Of a stretch of DNA of 64,000 nucleotides, positions 60,417 to 64,000 are shown in pieces. The first letter of the stretch is position 1; the number at the start of each line of letters is the position of its first letter. The translations under genes were made by a program, and so were the position numbers. The notes below the pieces were generated by a model, which did no database searches, was not told where the DNA came from, and worked only from the letters and a program-made list of their open reading frames with translations. This stretch comes from Massalongia carnosa (Eukaryota), in assembly GCA_965645245.1 (NCBI GenBank), contig OZ287079.1, forward strand, positions 1,612,001 through 1,676,000, given 5' to 3'.

Positions 60417-61984
60417 ATGGGCAGTTCTTCTAGTCACGATCTTATCAATAGTTGGCTTATGGGGGTAGAGAGCACAGAATGCGAGCCACCCCATACTTCA
60501 CCCTTTGCCCCGACAACTCTCTACGATGTCTCTGCTACTACTAGTATCAGTTCCTCAAAGCATTTTTCAAGGGCCTTGAAGCGTAAGCGTAGAAAATCTA
60601 GCACGTCCAACGAAACTAAACAGCGGCGTATATCCAGTCTTAGCTCGACTGCTCCTCAGACTGTTTTGGGTTGTCTGCACTCGAATATGATCGGACAACG
60701 CCTTGAGGCATCTCGAGAAGCGGATTTACCTACTAGTGCACATGTATGAAGGTCCTAGGATTAAAGCTGCTCAATACCAACTTACGTATTCAAGGGGCCA
60801 CATACTCTGAGCTCCCTACCTATCTCCTTTGGCACTGCTGTCGATTCTTCTACCGTGTCAGATCATTTCAGACCGCAAGACGACTTCGAGGAGTCAAGGC
60901 AGCTCAAGTTCCCTAAGACCATTCATAATATACGTCTTACCTTAGCTGATCATGGCATGTACTTTGATGACACGGACACCTTCAACAAACACCCAGAGTT
61001 TGTGAAAGAAATTACTGGGATAGTTCTAGGGAATAGAAACTCAGCGTTCCGCCCTCAGTCATTGGAAAAATTTACTAAATGGCTGAAGAAGAACCTAACG
61101 CGGTCAGAACAAAGCCTTATGTGGCAACTAATGCCAAAGATCATGAAAAATAGCAGAACGATCACCTTTATGACAGAAAACCAGAGCTTATCCAATTGCA
61201 CGGTGGTGGAGTTTGATGATGATGATATCATAGCAAATATCAATGTTGAGTTTACTGGTCGCCTACTACCGTCCTGGAAGCCAGATTATGCCGACGCAAT
61301 CGCTAAGAGACTGGCCAAGTCAACTGGGATGACCAATCCCAAACCCGACTTCGCCTATGGTATCGAGAGGACTGCTTTCCTTCGATAAATCAACTATCAC
61401 TCAGTCCACATATCAAGGCTCTGATTGGAGTGGTGCCGGGGATGCTCCAACCTTTTCTCATTGTGGAAGGGAAAAGCTGTGCTGGGGTGACCGCTGATGC
61501 AGAAAATCAGGCAATAAGAGGAGGTGCTACATTGGTGCGAGTTCGAAGGGAGCTGCACGCTCGGGCCAAAGACTACAAGATTCCCGAAGCGGAAGGGCCT
61601 GATCTGTTTTCGTTCGTATTCTCATGCACCATCACACCTCAAGTGGCGACAACATGGGTGCATTGGTGTCATCATTCTGGGTCTGCAGACACGTATCACA
61701 TGAATCGAATCTCGGAGCATCTTATGAGCCGCCATCATGAGCTCATCGATCTTCGACGCAACCTCCACAATATTATGGATTGGGGTGGCTTGGAGCGTCG
61801 AGAATCAAATAGCAAGTTAGTCTCCGCTTTGATGTTGGTTGAGAAGTCGAAAGCCTCTTTGCCAAGCAGAACGATCTCGCCGGCAAAGAGCCACTCGGGA
61901 ACTACCCAAACCTCTTCCAGCCCTAGATCAAATTGGACAAAGAAGAAAAAGAGCAACTTAGATAACTCTATTTCTCACGATTAG
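60417..61984 (+). pseudogene. PD-(D/E)XK-like nuclease-fold gene (DUF7924-like) with a single frameshift; intron 60744-60794
   Basis: N-terminal INSWLMGV and NLS-like KRKRRK; NPKPDFAYGI; after a -1 shift at ~61377, FPSINQLSLSPHIKALIGVVPGMLQPFLIVEGKS...AENQAIRGGATLV...WVHW...LRRNLHNIMDWG. Confidence 0.75.
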
Positions 61985-63516
61985 ATACAACCATAGGTTA
62001 ATGATAAAATTTCCATTCTTTAGCGTTATTACACTCTTACAGGGACTAATACATCAGCATCTCTATCATCATTGCGAAGGGGAGCATTAAACCAAGATCT
62101 ACTGGTCTCAGGAGGTAGATATGGGACCAGATAATGGCTATTCATGAAAATCGCTGGTTAAGAGAGAGCGACGGCGAGGACTGGTTTTAACATCATGGTG
62201 CGGTAGAAAAATACAGCGTGAATTCTTGGTTTGGCACTTCTGACATGAAAGTCTATGCCTTGGGTAAGCCAAAAGGACTACGAGCTTATGCCCCTCTGGT
62301 TCACGGCTGTACTCCTTGATGGCTGATTAGCGGTCAGGACTTTGAAGAACTGGGGTAAGGAAAGAAGAGACCTCAAAAAAAAGAAGCGCTATGAATCATG
62401 ATGTTGCGAATGCCAAGCCGGCTGGATCATATCTAACGTAATATGCGAATGCCTTCGCGTATTTTACTGGTATGGGAATAGTTACATCTGAGAATTTCTG
62501 GTATCTTCGATGCTTAGAAATTCAGGTCTATAGACGTTCGAGGAGAATCTCGAATGTTCTGTGATCAACATGTATATAGCATCACTCCTACGCATAGCCT
62601 AGAGATCAGTCGCAATAATCTGAATTATTTCATTCATAGAAGTTCTGTACTGTGTACTATCCAGAGACTTCTGGCACTCTGCCACCTATTTTCTGTGCAT
62701 TGGGTCCGTCATTCTCCATCTATCCCTCCTATTTTAAACACATGATTCATGGCAATGTTACTATACCAAGGAAGCCTTCAAAAAGACGCAGGCTAAATCT
62801 TCTCGCACTTAAGAAAGGTTGACGGAACCTGCGCTTCTCAGCATTTTTGGTTCCATCTCTAAAATAGGGTTTCACTTGTGCCCGCAGCCGGGCTTCCTAT
62901 CGCCGAGTGTGTTTTCGTTAAGATTATTTAGACGGCCTGGCCCCCTCTTAACCATCCTCATGGCCGGAATCCCATATCTTCTTGCTTTCGTTTGTCTTTA
63001 TTTCACCACCTTCTCCATGCATTCCTTTTCTGAACATACCTGTAAGAGACCAGACCCGTCAGAACGCAGTTTTTAGGCGATTGAACCGAAACACACTATG
63101 ATAGATTACTCCTAATTAGTTATGTAACCTTAACCCGATTTTCAAAAAAAAAAGACGCCACCTAGTCAGTCAGCATTAAGACCAAAAAGCACACTTATGT
63201 TCGCTGTAGGTCCTGCGTCCTGAACCACTCGTGGTTGAACCGTGACAAACAGAATTGACATCTCACATCAGTTAAATCAAAAATTCATGAAATACTTGCG
63301 TTTGGTAAAATCTTATACATGAATAGCTCGTTAGTTAAAAGTAACTCTAACTTGTAATTGTGTAATCTAAATGTCATAAATGTAGCGTCTGATCGCTTGT
63401 GTATGTGCATAAAGCTTAAATCGAGCTAATATTACGTATGTAATTAGGGGTAAGTAAAAAATACATCAAATTCTTTACGCGTCAAACTTTTTGTCCTCAC
63501 TGTTAAGGGTCTCATC

Positions 63517-64000
63517 ATGTCTACGACTACGGGTAAAGTGTTCCCAAGCACTCGCTGGACATCTTATAGTGACTGGGATTTCAATGGCATGAAAGGACGA
63601 CATGAGACATTTATGAGCACCCTCAACAAATCCACTCTAGTGCGCCATGCTGAACTTATCCTGGGTCAGGAAGTTTCGATCAGTGAGCCATTCTCTGCGG
63701 GACAAAACTGGGCCTGCTTTGAACTCGTTGTATCAGATGGTAGTCTCATAATCGCGCTTGTACGTCTTCCCGCGCATTCGAATGACGCTGGCGCTGTGAA
63801 TGAGGAATCAGAGTTATATTCGATTAATTGTAAGGTTGTCACCATGCGATTTCTACGCAAAAAAATCACTTCGGTTTCCATTCCACGTCTCTACACCTAT
63901 CAAGGTCCTGGTTCGCCATGGGCGGCGGAAGCAGGAGCGATATACATGCTCATTGAAGGATTTTATGGAAACACCCTACAAGATGTAGAATTTGATTTGT
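63517..64000 (+). CDS. Aminoglycoside-phosphotransferase-like (PKL-fold) kinase, runs off the window end
   Basis: Open frame from ATG 63517: ...FSAGQNWACFELV..DGSLIIALVRLP...TMRFLRKK.TSVSIPRLYTY...GAIYMLIEGFYGNTL, a typical fungal APH-like N-lobe. Not present in the ORF track. Confidence 0.8.
   Translation, partial: MSTTTGKVFPSTRWTSYSDWDFNGMKGRHETFMSTLNKSTLVRHAELILGQEVSISEPFSAGQNWACFELVVSDGSLIIALVRLPAHSNDAGAVNEESELYSINCKVVTMRFLRKKITSVSIPRLYTYQGPGSPWAAEAGAIYMLIEGFYGNTLQDVEFDL

Noticed and set aside
1..64000. Starship or other giant element, CRISPR array, rRNA
   Set aside because: No DUF3435 tyrosine recombinase, repeat-spacer array or rRNA-like sequence recognised. The window could still lie inside a larger element whose ends are outside it.

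Overview
Eukaryotic DNA from a filamentous ascomycete (Pezizomycotina), inferred from short GT-AG introns with CT(A/G)AC-type branch points and recognisable fungal genes. Conserved genes: END3, BMS1 (divergent from a 4-exon I9 protease-inhibitor gene), a mitochondrial PDK/BCKDK-type kinase, a DUF3824-like protein, a HAD phosphatase, a GNAT, an AIM6-like phosphodiesterase and a purine nucleoside permease. Mobile DNA: a 5'-truncated non-LTR retrotransposon with a 12-bp TSD, a Tc1-like DD34E transposon with a dead transposase, and a non-autonomous element with 116-bp TIRs (probably Mutator-like) that abuts an older related terminus. Accessory or decaying genes: two PD-(D/E)XK-like nuclease genes, kinase-like genes, a CFEM gene and a possible NACHT relic. 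The most interesting observations are (1) a stand-alone RapZ-C-terminal-like protein with a CX5R motif, (2) a Kex2-processed secreted protein whose hydrophobin-like 8-Cys pattern appears only after splicing, (3) a WW protein with a hidden Cys-rich tail exon and tandem PacC sites upstream, and (4) a recurring, strand-independent C-rich to G-rich switch inside several genes. All family calls come from recognising motifs by eye; no searches were run, and I cannot confirm that any of these is a new system.
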